This document shows, one piece after another, positions 62,040 to 64,000 of a DNA stretch of 64,000 nt; the stretch's first letter is position 1; the number at the start of each line of letters is the position of its first letter. The DNA is taken from assembly GCA_016748015.1 (NCBI GenBank), contig JAAOMT010000352.1, positions 186,001-250,000 of the forward strand. The letters are read 5' to 3'. The notes under the pieces are model-generated. The model made no database searches. It was not told where the DNA came from and was given only the letters and a program-made list of their open reading frames with translations. The translations under genes were made by a program, and so were the position numbers. The stretch is from Geosiphon pyriformis uo1 (Eukaryota > Fungi > Glomeromycota).

Positions 62040-64000
62040 CTATAAATCCTTGTAGTTCTGTGGTATTTTTGGGTATTTAAAAGTTTTTAATAGTACTGAT
62101 TGTTCTAAGATTTGGTTTGACTCCATCTTTGCTAACAATATGTCTAAAAAAGATTAAACTTGTTTTTCCAAAATGACATTTTTCAATGTTTAACTTTAAT
62201 TCTGCTTTCCATAATTATTGAAAAACTTCTCATAGATAAATAAGATGAGCTTCAAAGCTTGGTGAATACACATTAGTATTATCAAGATAGACAATTACTG
62301 ATTGCCATAAGAGTTCTTCATATACAACATTCATGAATCATTGGAATGTTGCTAGTATATTGCAGAGTTCAAAAGGCATAACATTGAACTTATAGTTTCT
62401 TCTTTGAGTGATAAATGCTGTTTTGGGTCGATTTTTTGGATCCATTTCGACTTGCTAGTATCTACTTTCCAAATCTAAAGTTGAAAAGAACTTGGCTTTT
62501 TCTAAAGCATCTAACATGTTATCAATTCTTGGAAGAGGGTAGGCATCTCTAATTGTGATGCTGTTGAGCTAATAATAATCTATGCAGAATTTGATTTTTC
62601 TATTTTTCTTTTTAATAAGAACTATTGGTAAGGCCCATAGACTTTTTAATGATTAAATCAATCTATTATTGAGCATTTTTTGGATCTTTTCTCTGATAAA
62701 TTGGTGGCTGGCAGACAGTACTTGATAAGTTTATTGTTATTTTAGTAGAGCATCTCCTGTGTGGATCTGGTGTTGAACAATATCAGTTTTTCCAAGGTCA
62801 TTGTTGTCTTTTGCAAATATGTCTGCAAATTCAGCTATTAGCTATTTTAATTGTCTTTGTTGTTAGGGTTCTAAGGAACTCATGTTGATTTGAGAGAGTT
62901 TTTCTTCCAAAAGGTGGTAGTTTTCAGTAGTAGAGATGATATTTGGATTTGGAAATAGTGTATGTCTTATAATTTCGATGAAATTAGAGACAATTTAAGG
63001 GTTTTTATCTTGGAAGATATTACTGTATATAATTCCAATTTCTAATTTGTTCAATAAGACAATAGGGTAATTATTGGGGTTGTAAAATGTAACTCAAAAT
63101 TTTTTCATTCCTTTGAGAATATAAATGTTTGGGATTGAGATTTCATGCTTTAAACAAATTTGTTCATTAGACTCAAAGATTTGTTAGATAGTGGTGGGTT
63201 TTAAACAAGTGTAAATTTCATAATGTTCTCCAAAAGATGAAATGGTAATTGGTTGGGGAAGTTGAAGAATCTGGTAGAATTCATTCTGTGCATTAAGAGC
63301 TATGTTTACTGGCATTGTAAATCGTTCAATTGAACCAAAATCTTGAGTTTCTTTTTCACTTTTTCCTAATTGTTCTCTGTTTCTTATTGATTGTAAACCC
63401 AAAATATTGATTAAAGATAGGTAAATTGCTTGGGCAATTTTTTCAGCATGTTCAATTCTGAATAGTTTGTCTGTTTTATTCTACAACATGATGGTAATGT
63501 CTCCAGTATATTCTGCATCTATGACTTCTCTAACATTGATTCCTTTGCTTGCCAATAATGATTTGGATGCAATTTGAATCATTGCTCCAGGTGGAATTTG
63601 AAGAGTGTTTTTGAGATTGATTTTTGTCAAGAACTTTGGTTAGAGAACCAAAGTATCTTTTCTTGGGTATTTTAGATCATATTTAATATCAATCTTGTGT
63701 GCTTTTTTTGGTCTAATTCCTTGACCATGATTGTCAAAATATTTAAGTTGTAGGGGTGATTGATTTTCAAGAAGATAAATGGGAATGGTTGGTAGTTCTT
63801 CTACCCGTTCAGATACTCCAAATTCGATTTCATTTTCATTATTCTCATCTGGCAGGGAAATGCTAAGAGCATAGCATTCTAAACACCATTGGTTATTACA
63901 AGACATAACACATTCTTCACATAATTAAATGTTTATTTGCTCTAATTATTGAATTTGAGCTTTTTTGGTTGGATATGTATAACTTGTAATTTGGTGGTAG

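Larger units (their letters stand above)
57618..64000 (-). mobile_element. Ty3/Gypsy family B copy 3 (continues off the right edge)
   Basis: 3' LTR 57618-58589, ORF3 59275->58570, integrase 60818->~59436, RNase H-RT, dUTPase ~63325-63750, Cys-rich insert up to the window edge. Confidence 0.95.

Overview
Very AT-rich eukaryotic genomic DNA, almost certainly fungal. The repeat-encoded peptides resemble what I remember of Glomeromycota, probably Geosiphon pyriformis (inference, not searched). There is one intact host gene: a 3-exon, ~1659-aa minus-strand gene (13331->8034) whose three C-terminal PapD/ASH-like domains match my memory of the last three domains of the centrosomal scaffold CEP192/SPD-2. 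Roughly 80-85% of the window is decayed, nested transposons: five Ty3/Gypsy LTR families (my labels A-E), RNase H-bearing LINE remnants, and a pogo-type DNA transposon carrying foreign sequence. The main observation is a three-ORF layout shared by families A, B and D: Gag-PR-Cys-rich insert-(dUTPase)-RT-RNase H ending in a stop, then a short non-coding A/C-rich spacer and a separately initiated integrase ORF, then an accessory ORF3 next to the 3' LTR. Repeats show near-exclusive C:G->T:A decay, including non-CpG contexts. A 20-N gap with a 583-bp duplication at 60854-62039 looks like an assembly artefact. Boundaries were read by eye and may be off by a few bases.
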